A stretch of DNA of 39,792 bases, taken from IMG/VR virus record IMGVR_UViG_3300043468_000422, one strand, 5' to 3'. This document shows positions 25,535 through 34,146 of the stretch, piece after piece; the first letter of the stretch is position 1, and each line of letters opens with the position of its first letter. The DNA is from a virus. The position numbers were made by a program, and so were the translations under genes. The notes below the pieces were generated by a model. It saw only the letters and a program-made list of their open reading frames with translations, did no database searches and had not been told where the DNA came from.

Positions 25535-26302
25535 ATGGCAGACCCAGTTGTACCAGAAGAAACAGTTGATCCTAATGCTGGATACGACACTGGATTCAAT
25601 TTTAGTGCTTCTGTTGCGTCTGACTATAAGTTAAAGTATCGACCTGTTGCTGGTTTCGGTGCCAACATTACTGATGTAGAAAAAGCAACCCTAGATAAAC
25701 AAATCCTAAGATCACCTAAACAGGCAAGACAATACAATGGCTCATATTTGGTTGATGATCAAGGGTTGATTGCTCGCAAACCGTATGATCCAAACAGGGA
25801 TGTTGAAGCAGAAATGTACGGTCTGATGACAGACGACAATCTTCGTTCGACAGTCCAATCGTTGCTGTACTCCAGAGGGTTTTATGGTTCTTCTAAACCA
25901 TCCGCACGGGGGACACTATCTGTTGACAGGACAGCGTTCAAAGAGTTTTTGAATTATGCCAATAGTGAGGGCTATACGTGGAAGCCGTTGCTTGCCAAAA
26001 TTTCTGCTATGCCAATGGTGAAAGGTTTGGGGGGAGGAGCAAAATATCGTGTTTCCGCACCGGAAGATATTACCGAATATTTGCGTAAGGCTTCGTTGGA
26101 GAAGTTGGGTCGCACAATGTCTAAAGAGGATGTGGATAAGGCGATTGCTGCTATTCAGCAAACCGAACGTACAAAGGGTCCGAGTGCGCCGGCGTTGTCT
26201 GTGGCTGCCGCACAGCAGGTTTCTGCTGCTGATCCTGACCGTGAGAAATCTGTTCGATTCCGTCGTGGGATTGATATTGCTATGAATCTATTGGGAGGCT
26301 GA
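25535..26302 (+). CDS. Hypothetical structural-module protein
   Basis: 255-aa ORF starting 2 nt after the upstream stop. Confidence 0.7.
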   Translation: MADPVVPEETVDPNAGYDTGFNFSASVASDYKLKYRPVAGFGANITDVEKATLDKQILRSPKQARQYNGSYLVDDQGLIARKPYDPNRDVEAEMYGLMTDDNLRSTVQSLLYSRGFYGSSKPSARGTLSVDRTAFKEFLNYANSEGYTWKPLLAKISAMPMVKGLGGGAKYRVSAPEDITEYLRKASLEKLGRTMSKEDVDKAIAAIQQTERTKGPSAPALSVAAAQQVSAADPDREKSVRFRRGIDIAMNLLGG

Positions 26303-26303
26303 T

Positions 26304-27932
26304 ATGGCTACTGCGAAAGAACTTCAGTCTGGTGTTGATGAGGCAAAAAAGGTCCGCGATGCTCTGAAGGTAGCGTTGGGTCAGGAAGGTTTGACTGACG
26401 CAGAATTTACTAGTATCAACAACCAATATAAGGCAGCGATAAAAACGTTTGACAGGTTAGATGCGGCATACAAGAAAGCACTAAAATCTGAAGGGTTGGC
26501 TGTTGGTGAAAAGGAGAGAGAAACTGCTTTTCAAACACAGCAAGTACAGTTCAAGGAATCTGCAGCAATCGACGCAGCAAAGGCTTTTCAGGACAATCCA
26601 AACGACAAAACCAGAAAAGCCAAGAACACCGCGTACGAGACATTAAACGATTTCTACAACAAGGCTGATGCGGCAGGTGTCAAGTTGGCTCGCATTATCG
26701 CACCGATTGATGGTGGGGGTTTTGGTTTGGTTAATCCTGCGGCTGCTCCTGCTGCTGCGGAAACTGTGGCCACCCCAACGGTTGCTAAACCCCAAGTTTT
26801 GACCGAAGCACAATCAAGGGCTCTTGCCACAGGTCGTCGACTTCCTGTGTCAACGGCTGTGGACACGCCACCTTTGGCACCCACTGATGCCACGGGTGAT
26901 GTCAAGAAGTTGGCAGCAGATCAGAAGACGTTTGTTGATGCACAGATACTTGCACGGAAACTGAAGGACACACCTGCGAACCGCAAACTGCTTCGTGCCG
27001 AATATCAGAAAACTGGTAAACCAGCCGACGATATGGCATGGATGGAGATATTCCGTAAGGACTATCCTTCGTATTCGGACTGGACAACAACAGAAGTTGT
27101 AAACCATTTCGGTCAAGATTTCATGGACATTTTGAATAATGTTTCCGCGGGAACTATCGAATACTCTGATGAGGAAATAAAGGCTTTACTTAAAAACACC
27201 AAATACTTTAATTCCATAACGGACAAGCAATACTCTTTTGATACTCAACGCACAAGCATGCAGGACTCAATGGTTGCTGATGCTCGCAGATTGATCACTA
27301 GCGAATACGCAGATGTTGGTTTGTCTGAAACCGATTTGGCCGACCTATCAAAGACGGTTGCTCGATCAGGGCTGACCGGCACAGGACTAAAGCAGGCTGT
27401 GTATCAGTATGCGTTTCGTCGTGCGGCTGCTGCTCCTATGGCGACAGATACGAAGATGGTGACTAACGTGTTGCAGGGTGCTGATGCTGATGCGATACGT
27501 CAATCTGCCCGCGGGTACGGATATATGGTTTCGGATGCCGAGGTTCAGGCTGCGTTGACTGGTGGAATGTATAACGGTGTTGCTGTTTCGTCTGAGTCTA
27601 TTTTGCAGAAAGCACAAAAAGCAGCAAAGGGTGCGTATGGTCATTTGTCAGATCAGATTGATGCCGGTTTGTCGTTGTCAGATATTTTTGAGAACTACAA
27701 ACGGTATGCGGCGAATGTGTTAGAGCTGGATGAGTCGCAAATAGATTTTACGAAAGACCCTAAGTGGCAGTCTGCTTTCGGTACGAAGGAGTCGGGTCAG
27801 ATGGGTTTAGGCGATTGGGTTACGAAACTAAAGTCGGATGAATCGTTTGGTTGGCAGTTTACGAAGCAGGCTAATCAGCAGGCTACGGATATTGGTTTGA
27901 CTTTGGCACGGGCGTTTGGAAAGGTTAAATAA
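26304..27932 (+). CDS. Hypothetical structural-module protein
   Basis: RBS ggagg. 542-aa ORF. Confidence 0.75.
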   Translation: MATAKELQSGVDEAKKVRDALKVALGQEGLTDAEFTSINNQYKAAIKTFDRLDAAYKKALKSEGLAVGEKERETAFQTQQVQFKESAAIDAAKAFQDNPNDKTRKAKNTAYETLNDFYNKADAAGVKLARIIAPIDGGGFGLVNPAAAPAAAETVATPTVAKPQVLTEAQSRALATGRRLPVSTAVDTPPLAPTDATGDVKKLAADQKTFVDAQILARKLKDTPANRKLLRAEYQKTGKPADDMAWMEIFRKDYPSYSDWTTTEVVNHFGQDFMDILNNVSAGTIEYSDEEIKALLKNTKYFNSITDKQYSFDTQRTSMQDSMVADARRLITSEYADVGLSETDLADLSKTVARSGLTGTGLKQAVYQYAFRRAAAAPMATDTKMVTNVLQGADADAIRQSARGYGYMVSDAEVQAALTGGMYNGVAVSSESILQKAQKAAKGAYGHLSDQIDAGLSLSDIFENYKRYAANVLELDESQIDFTKDPKWQSAFGTKESGQMGLGDWVTKLKSDESFGWQFTKQANQQATDIGLTLARAFGKVK

Positions 27933-29035
27933 TGGTAATGATGCGTGACCCTAACTGGACTGGTCCAGGTCCTGGACCAATGATTGACGTTCCATCGCAA
28001 GCCGAACTACAAGCCTCTAGCGATGCACTATACGATTATCGCAATAGTTTTGTAACCGATGCTGTCACACCAGGTGAAGCCCCTGTTGTTACACCAACCG
28101 AAACAGCAGAAGAAAAGGCGACACGGTTAGCCAACGAACGTGAAACTCAACAGACAGAAGCCGAAACATTCAGAAGGCAACGAAATGCCCAATCAACCAT
28201 TAACGCCGTTTTGTCATCGTACGGTTTAGGTGATTTGGCAGATTTTGTTTACAAAGAAATTATTGTTAAAGAAACGGTAAACATCAACAACCCTGATGCA
28301 ATTATCTTTGCTATCCGTGAACAGCCTGCATATCAGAAACGGTTTTCCGCCAACAAAGAACGAGTCAAGAATGGGTTTGATGAATTAGACCCTGCTTCTT
28401 ATATTGCGTTGGAAGACCAGTATCGGGCAACCCTGTCTGCGAACGGTATGCCTGTATCGTTCTATGATTCCAAAGACGACTTTGATGCGATGATCGGTGG
28501 ATCGGTTTCACCAGCAGAACTACAGTCCCGTGTCCAAGAAGGATACCGTGCTGTGCAAGACGCTGATCCTGAAGTGAAACGCCAAATGCGTGAACTGTAC
28601 GGGGTTGCCGAAGGTGATCTTGCCGCATACTTTATTGACCCAAACCGTATGAAACCGTTGCTTGTTGCAGCCGACTACAAACGTCAAGCACAAGCAGCCA
28701 AGATCGCTGCCAGAGGATCAGAGTTAGCAGGTATCCAACTCACAGGTGGCCTTGCAGAAGACTTGGCTCGTCGAGGTATCACCGAGACAGAAGCCGAAAC
28801 AGGGTTTACCGCTATCGGCAAACTTGGTGAACTGACAACACAACTCAGTGGCGAAACAGCCCTCAGCCAAGAACAGATCATTGGTCAACAATTCGGTACC
28901 GATGTTGCAGCCGCACAAGAACTAGAGAAACGTAAGCGTCGCCGTGTAGGTGAGTTCGCTGGTGGCGGTTCGTTTGCTCGGACACAAGGTGAAACCTCTG
29001 GTGCAACAAGACTGTCGGTTGGCACAGCCGAATAG
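27932..29035 (+). CDS. Hypothetical structural-module protein
   Basis: TAATG coupling. 367-aa ORF. Confidence 0.75.
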   Translation: MVMMRDPNWTGPGPGPMIDVPSQAELQASSDALYDYRNSFVTDAVTPGEAPVVTPTETAEEKATRLANERETQQTEAETFRRQRNAQSTINAVLSSYGLGDLADFVYKEIIVKETVNINNPDAIIFAIREQPAYQKRFSANKERVKNGFDELDPASYIALEDQYRATLSANGMPVSFYDSKDDFDAMIGGSVSPAELQSRVQEGYRAVQDADPEVKRQMRELYGVAEGDLAAYFIDPNRMKPLLVAADYKRQAQAAKIAARGSELAGIQLTGGLAEDLARRGITETEAETGFTAIGKLGELTTQLSGETALSQEQIIGQQFGTDVAAAQELEKRKRRRVGEFAGGGSFARTQGETSGATRLSVGTAE

Positions 29036-29040
29036 GGTAC

Positions 29041-29071
29041 TTGACACACCGACAGTGGGTGTGTGTATACT
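29041..29071 (+). promoter_or_regulatory. Candidate promoter for the scaffold/capsid genes
   Basis: TTGACA at 29041..29046 and TATACT at 29066..29071. The 19-nt spacer is long and contains the hairpin cacacc/ggtgtg. Confidence 0.4.
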
Positions 29072-29186
29072 GAGAGAGTTCAACAGAACACCCATCGGAA
29101 GCCCCCCGTCTTCGATGCGTTAAAAGGGGTGAGATTTGCAGCCATTCTGAACCCTCCGGTCAGAGTGTGGGCAGAAGGAGTGGGTC

Positions 29187-29639
29187 ATGTCAGAGTCAGA
29201 CTTCGAGTTTGAGGATGAAGCACAAGACCAAGCAGCACGGAAAGATCCAGTACGCGCCAGAATGCGTGAATTGGAGCAACAGGTCAAGGCGTTTGAGGCG
29301 AAAGCCAAAGAAGCCGAAGCAGCCCAACGAGAGTTGGCGTTTGTTAAAGCAGGAGTTGATCCTGATTCAGCAGCAGCCAAATATTTCGTTAAAGGCTACG
29401 ACGGTGAGCTAACAGCCGAAGCGATCCGTGCAGCAGCCGAAGAAGCAAGTCTCATACCTTCACAGAAAAAAGAAGTGGCTGCCGAACAGCAGGCATGGAA
29501 TCGGGTGGCTCAGGCCAGTCGTGCAGGCGAGACAAGTGATGCACCGGTTGATTATGTGCAGCGTTTCAACAACGCTAAATCCGCAGAAGAAGTGATGGCT
29601 TTAATGGCTCAGGCTAGAGCAGAAGCAGAAAAGTACTAA
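29187..29639 (+). CDS. Scaffolding protein (by position and composition)
   Basis: 150 aa, acidic and A/E/K-rich helical, lying immediately upstream of the capsid gene. RBS aaggag. Confidence 0.6.
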   Translation: MSESDFEFEDEAQDQAARKDPVRARMRELEQQVKAFEAKAKEAEAAQRELAFVKAGVDPDSAAAKYFVKGYDGELTAEAIRAAAEEASLIPSQKKEVAAEQQAWNRVAQASRAGETSDAPVDYVQRFNNAKSAEEVMALMAQARAEAEKY

Positions 29640-29690
29640 TCACTCTCCAGTAGGCGCACTACCTTCTGGGGCTACCCCAAAGGAAACATA

Positions 29691-30659
29691 GTGGCAATTA
29701 CACAAGCAAGTTCACTCAGTGTCGACCAGGCGGCGTACGACCGGTTAGCGTATTTCGCTCTCCGTTCAGAACTGTTGTTTGACCAAGCAGCAGATGTCCA
29801 AGCAACCAATCAGGCTATGCCTGGTTCTTCGGTGATCTTCACGATTTTCTCCGAATTGGCAGCAGCTACCTCAACACTCACCGAAACTTCGGACCTCACC
29901 CCTGCAACAATGGGTGACAGCCAAGTAACTGTAACTCTTGCTGAATACGGTAACACCGTTCAGACAACTGCAAAACTTCGTGGAACAGCGTTCCTTGATG
30001 TTGATGCAACTGCCGCAAACTTGATTGGCTACAACGCTGGTCTTTCGATTGACACAGTTGTTCAAGCAGTTTTGGGTGCAGGCACAAACGTGGCTTACGC
30101 TACGGGTGGCGCAGCAGTTCCAACAAGCCGTGAGTCGGTTAAGGTTGACGCAATTTTGACTGCAAACGATGTTCGCAAGCAGACAGCAGCTTTGCGTTCA
30201 GCAAACGTTGCAACATTCAACGGCTACTACATGGGTTACATTCACCCAGACGTTTCATACGATCTTCGTCGTGAAACCGGTAACGCTGCATGGAACGCAC
30301 CTCACGTTAACGTGGACACAGCAGGTATCTACAATGGCGAAATCGGCACTTTTGAGTCGGTTCGTTTCATTGAGACACCACGCGCACCATTGAATGCCAA
30401 CGCATCAAACGGAACCAGCACAACTGGAATCATTGACGTTTACAGCACTTTGATCATGGGCCGTCAGGCTTTGGCTAAGGCTTACTCAGCAATCGATGGC
30501 AACGGTGTTGTTCCAAAGGTTGTTCGTGGTCCTGTCGTGGACAGTTTGCTCCGTTTCAATCCAATCGGTTGGTACTGGTTGGGTGGCTACGGTCGCTTCC
30601 GCGAAGCCTCGTTGCGTCGTATTGAAGGCGCATCAAGCATTGGTGCAAACGCTTCCTAA
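29691..30659 (+). CDS. Major capsid protein
   Basis: GTG start after aaaggaa. 322 aa, following the scaffold and followed by the strongest terminator in the window. Confidence 0.75.
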   Translation: MAITQASSLSVDQAAYDRLAYFALRSELLFDQAADVQATNQAMPGSSVIFTIFSELAAATSTLTETSDLTPATMGDSQVTVTLAEYGNTVQTTAKLRGTAFLDVDATAANLIGYNAGLSIDTVVQAVLGAGTNVAYATGGAAVPTSRESVKVDAILTANDVRKQTAALRSANVATFNGYYMGYIHPDVSYDLRRETGNAAWNAPHVNVDTAGIYNGEIGTFESVRFIETPRAPLNANASNGTSTTGIIDVYSTLIMGRQALAKAYSAIDGNGVVPKVVRGPVVDSLLRFNPIGWYWLGGYGRFREASLRRIEGASSIGANAS

Positions 30660-30684
30660 TAAGTTGCGTTAGTTACCCCAAAGT

Positions 30685-30734
30685 GTGGGGCGGCCCTGGT
30701 TCCCCTCGACCTCGGCCGCCCCACTTTTTTGTTT
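30685..30734 (+). terminator. Rho-independent terminator after the capsid gene
   Basis: 11-bp GC stem gtggggcggcc (30685..30695) / ggccgccccac (30714..30724), followed by TTTTTTGTTT. Confidence 0.85.
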
Positions 30735-30764
30735 GGTGTATGATGTTTTTGTCGAAAGGTTTGT

Positions 30765-31133
30765 ATGTCTATTTCTAACTATGCAGAATTGAAGATTCTG
30801 GAACACACGACTGGTAAGACTGCGTGGACTATTCCGACGAATGTTTATGTGAAGTTGCATACTGCTGATGCTGGTGAGGCTGGTACTTCTTCGGCTGCTA
30901 CTGAGACAACTCGTAAGGTTGCTGCGTGGGCTACTGCTGCTTCGGGTTCGATTGCTACTTCAGCAACTTTGGAGTGGACTAACGTTGCTGCTACGGAAAC
31001 GTACAGCCATTGGTCTATGTGGGATGCTTCTACTGCTGGTAACTGTTTGTGGACTGGTGCGTTGTCGTCTTCGGCGGCTGTGACTGCTGGCGATACTTTT
31101 CAGATCACTTCGCTCACGCTGTCACTCGATTAG
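30765..31133 (+). CDS. Conserved small virion protein
   Basis: 122 aa, Ser/Thr/Ala-rich, in the structural operon. Specific function unknown. Confidence 0.7.
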   Translation: MSISNYAELKILEHTTGKTAWTIPTNVYVKLHTADAGEAGTSSAATETTRKVAAWATAASGSIATSATLEWTNVAATETYSHWSMWDASTAGNCLWTGALSSSAAVTAGDTFQITSLTLSLD

Positions 31134-31147
31134 GTAGGTAGCCCCTA

Positions 31148-32029
31148 GTGGCTATAACTGCTGTTGCGGGGTTTACAGAACCGTTTAGGAACACTCATCC
31201 GTTTTATCGGTACGGGTATGTTAATGCCATACGCACGGCTACTGGTAGTGGTGTTGGTACTCAAATTGCTAGCGGTGCGAAAGCTGTTGTTGTTACGGCT
31301 ACAGCGTCAGGGTTGGGTACTGCGTCGTCTGTCGCACAGGTGCTACGCGCAAGGTCTGCTACGGGTAGTGGTATTGGTGATGCTGCTGCGGTAGCAATAT
31401 CTTTACGGATTCGTACTGCTACGGGTTCTGGTGTTGGAACTATGGATTCCACAGGGTTGCATATCGCGCCTCGTACAGCTTCAGGTAGCGGTATTGGCTC
31501 CGATACTACTGTCGGCAAGACAACCCCTGTTAGAACGGCTCAGGGAAGCGGTACAGGGGATTCTGTAGTCACGTTCATTCGTATCCCTATCCGTGTTGCT
31601 ACAGGTTCAGGTGTTGGTTCGGGTGACGGTGTTGATCTTGTTATCAACATTCGTACAGCCACAGGTTCAGGCGAAGGAACTTCGGTCAGTCTTGGTGGTG
31701 TCGCATACTTCCGTTCAGCCACAGGTTCCGGCACAGGAACCGATACCGCTGACTGGGTGAAGTCACGCATCTTCCGTGTCCCATACACCTACCAGTATGT
31801 TGGCGGATTCTTCAACGATTTTGATGGGGCAAACCGTTTGGGGTCTTACATTAAAAGTAATGTTCGAGCAAGAAACCTTTACAAGTTGACCGATAACAGT
31901 TACACCATTGTTGACCAACGTGATCTAGGTCAAGTAAAGAAAGTTTGGTATGGTGGGCGTGACCACTTCTTGACAGCAGCAGAAGTAGAAGAACTCACAG
32001 CAGACGGATTCGGAGCAAGTATTACCTGA
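31148..32029 (+). CDS. Structural protein with nine ~20-aa R-(T/S)-A-T-G-S-G-x-G repeats
   Basis: GTG start. The repeats are read directly from the translation. Confidence 0.75.
   Translation: MAITAVAGFTEPFRNTHPFYRYGYVNAIRTATGSGVGTQIASGAKAVVVTATASGLGTASSVAQVLRARSATGSGIGDAAAVAISLRIRTATGSGVGTMDSTGLHIAPRTASGSGIGSDTTVGKTTPVRTAQGSGTGDSVVTFIRIPIRVATGSGVGSGDGVDLVINIRTATGSGEGTSVSLGGVAYFRSATGSGTGTDTADWVKSRIFRVPYTYQYVGGFFNDFDGANRLGSYIKSNVRARNLYKLTDNSYTIVDQRDLGQVKKVWYGGRDHFLTAAEVEELTADGFGASIT
31232..31774 (+). repeat. Nine tandem ~60-nt (20-aa) coding repeats
   Basis: RTATGSGVGT..., TATASGLGT..., RSATGSGIGD..., RTATGSGVGT..., RTASGSGIGS..., RTAQGSGTGD..., RVATGSGVGS..., RTATGSGEGT..., RSATGSGTGT... 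Confidence 0.8.
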
Positions 32030-32325
32030 TGGCTATATTTCGTACACCAACCGACAACTTCGTGACCCCAGTATTGGCTGACTTTGACATCAAAGGAAAC
32101 CGTCTATCCGAGGAACAGCGTCTTGCTAACAGGCTGGCTCGACATCGCCAACCGACAGCGCGTGGTCGCAACGTGTTTCAGTTAACCGACCTGTCATACA
32201 CAGAGAACCAACCGTCTAACATGTCAACAGTGATCAAGGTGTACTACGGTGGGCATGACATTGAGGTGGATGCTACTGAGGTAGCATCGTTAACAGCAGC
32301 AGGATATGGGAGTTACATAACGTGA
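32029..32325 (+). CDS. 98-aa protein sharing the C-terminal module of the repeat protein
   Basis: TGATG coupling. VFQLTDLSYT...KVYYGGHD...ATEVASLTAAGYGSYIT parallels LYKLTDNSYT...KVWYGGRD...AAEVEELTADGFGASIT. Confidence 0.65.
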   Translation: MAIFRTPTDNFVTPVLADFDIKGNRLSEEQRLANRLARHRQPTARGRNVFQLTDLSYTENQPSNMSTVIKVYYGGHDIEVDATEVASLTAAGYGSYIT

Positions 32326-32606
32326 TTAAACATCAAGAGACACATCCTGACCTGGATGTTGAGGGTTGTTTCGGATGCAAGGTGTCAGCAGTCGGATTTA
32401 GCGCAGAACTTATGCCTACCCGTACAGGTTCTTCACGGTCAGCAACCATCGCACAGAAGGATCGTGTGCTAGAAAAGGACTTAGACGCATACAAACGGTT
32501 GCGTCAAGACGGTATCCAACCAAGAAAAATTGATGGTGCTGCAAACGTGGAATCGAGAGCAACAGAAAAATGGCAGGCAGAATCAGGGATACTTCCCGAC
32601 TTTTAA
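32322..32606 (+). CDS. Hypothetical protein
   Basis: GTGA coupling. 94 aa. Confidence 0.55.
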   Translation: MIKHQETHPDLDVEGCFGCKVSAVGFSAELMPTRTGSSRSATIAQKDRVLEKDLDAYKRLRQDGIQPRKIDGAANVESRATEKWQAESGILPDF

Positions 32607-33694
32607 GTGTTGAAGGTGTAAACATCCCGCATATTGGTTACGGGAAAATGGTGCAAGGATTGAAGACAGCGTTATCTGAAAAGGTAACACTTGATGATCG
32701 CGCCGAAACTGTAATGTTCGCGTTACGACCTAACCTGATTGCAGGGTGGTTTGATGACCAGCGTGTATCGGTGTTAACCATGTGGGAAACAAACTGGTTG
32801 CCACCACAGTTTTATGAATATATCCCGCTGATAGAAACGATCATTGTGCCATCTATGCACAACTATGATTTGTTCTCACAGTTCCACGACAATGTTCATA
32901 TGATCCCGTTGGGTGTTGACCGTACAGTTTGGTGTCCATCTGAAGATAAACCTGATGGCAAGTTCCGGATCATGTGCGGCGGTTCAGAGTGGTATCGCAA
33001 AGGCTTAGATGTGGTACTGGAAGTGTTCAACAAGTTGCAACTACCTGACGCTGAACTGCATATCAAGATTGTGCCACCTCACCTGTCTGCGCCAAAGAAC
33101 TTGGATTACCCAAATGTGGTGATTCATCGTGAATGGTTAACTGTTGAACAGGAACGTGATTTGGTTCGTTCTATGGATGGGTTTGTGTCGGTGTCCCGTG
33201 GTGAAGGGTTCGGTCTCATGCCGTTGCAGGCTGTCTCAGCGGGTATCCCAACGATCCTGTCTAACGCTCATGGGCATCGAGAGTTCGCTGATCTTGCCAC
33301 CCATCGCATACCAACCACCAGTGTCCCGACCGCTAAAGGTGTTTGGCAGGACATGGGCAACTGGGATGAACCAGACGCAGAAGCATTAGCAGAAGCCATC
33401 AAAGACTTATACAACAAACGTGACAAGTACCGTCGTCAGGCGTTCCTGACAGCCCCACAAACAGCAGCGTTCAACTGGGACACAGCAGCCGAACAAGTGC
33501 TACAGATCGTTCAGCCAACCATCAACAGGTCTACTGGGGTGTGGAAACCGTTTGAACCTACATGCGAAATCGAGGTATCTAAACGGGTGCAAGCCACCAT
33601 CGGTCAACATCGTGTGGAACTGTTACCTGGAATGAAGCATCGTGTAGTGTTAAATGTCAGAGATGTCCTATTAAACGCAGGAGTATTGGCATGA
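32570..33694 (+). CDS. Glycosyltransferase (GT-B fold, GT4-like)
   Basis: SVSRGEGFGLMPLQAVSAGIPTILSNAHGHREF matches the E-x-F-G...E-A-x-A-x-G-x-P signature of group 1 glycosyltransferases. The start is uncertain because it overlaps the upstream gene by 37 nt. Confidence 0.8.
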   Translation: MAGRIRDTSRLLSVEGVNIPHIGYGKMVQGLKTALSEKVTLDDRAETVMFALRPNLIAGWFDDQRVSVLTMWETNWLPPQFYEYIPLIETIIVPSMHNYDLFSQFHDNVHMIPLGVDRTVWCPSEDKPDGKFRIMCGGSEWYRKGLDVVLEVFNKLQLPDAELHIKIVPPHLSAPKNLDYPNVVIHREWLTVEQERDLVRSMDGFVSVSRGEGFGLMPLQAVSAGIPTILSNAHGHREFADLATHRIPTTSVPTAKGVWQDMGNWDEPDAEALAEAIKDLYNKRDKYRRQAFLTAPQTAAFNWDTAAEQVLQIVQPTINRSTGVWKPFEPTCEIEVSKRVQATIGQHRVELLPGMKHRVVLNVRDVLLNAGVLA

Positions 33695-33852
33695 TGAAAC
33701 CTAAAGCAGTTTGGGATACACCAAACCCTAAAAAGAAATCTAAGAAGTTGTCCCCAAAGAAGAAGACTGCTGCGAAGGCTTCGGCTAAAGCTGCTGGTCG
33801 CCCGTACCCTAATTTGATTGACAACATGAAGGCCGCAAAGAAGCGTGGCTAA
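33691..33852 (+). CDS. 53-aa Lys-rich basic protein
   Basis: ATGA coupling. MMKPKAVWDTPNPKKKSKKLSPKKKTAAKASAKAAGRPYPNLIDNMKAAKKRG. Confidence 0.5.
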   Translation: MMKPKAVWDTPNPKKKSKKLSPKKKTAAKASAKAAGRPYPNLIDNMKAAKKRG

Positions 33853-34105
33853 GACTGCTGCCTGGCAACGCAAAGAAGGCAAGAATCCTGCTGGCGGTTT
33901 GAACGCTAAAGGTCGTGCATCTGCCAAAGCGCAAGGTATGAATCTGAAACCACCTGTGTCGGCGAAGCAAGCAGCGAAGTCACCTAAAGCGGCTGCTCGA
34001 CGTAAATCGTTTTGTGCGCGTATGGGTGGCATGCCAGGTCCGTTGAAGGACAGCAAGGGAAAGCCGACTCGGAAGGCTTTGGCGTTACGCAAATGGGATT
34101 GTTGA
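33845..34105 (+). CDS. 86-aa basic protein
   Basis: GTG start overlapping the upstream gene by 8 nt. Lys/Arg/Ala-rich, with an SFCARMGGMPGP core. Confidence 0.55.
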   Translation: MAKTAAWQRKEGKNPAGGLNAKGRASAKAQGMNLKPPVSAKQAAKSPKAAARRKSFCARMGGMPGPLKDSKGKPTRKALALRKWDC

Positions 34106-34146
34106 TGTGTGGTAATCTGTTTTTCTAAACCTTGAAAGGAACGATT

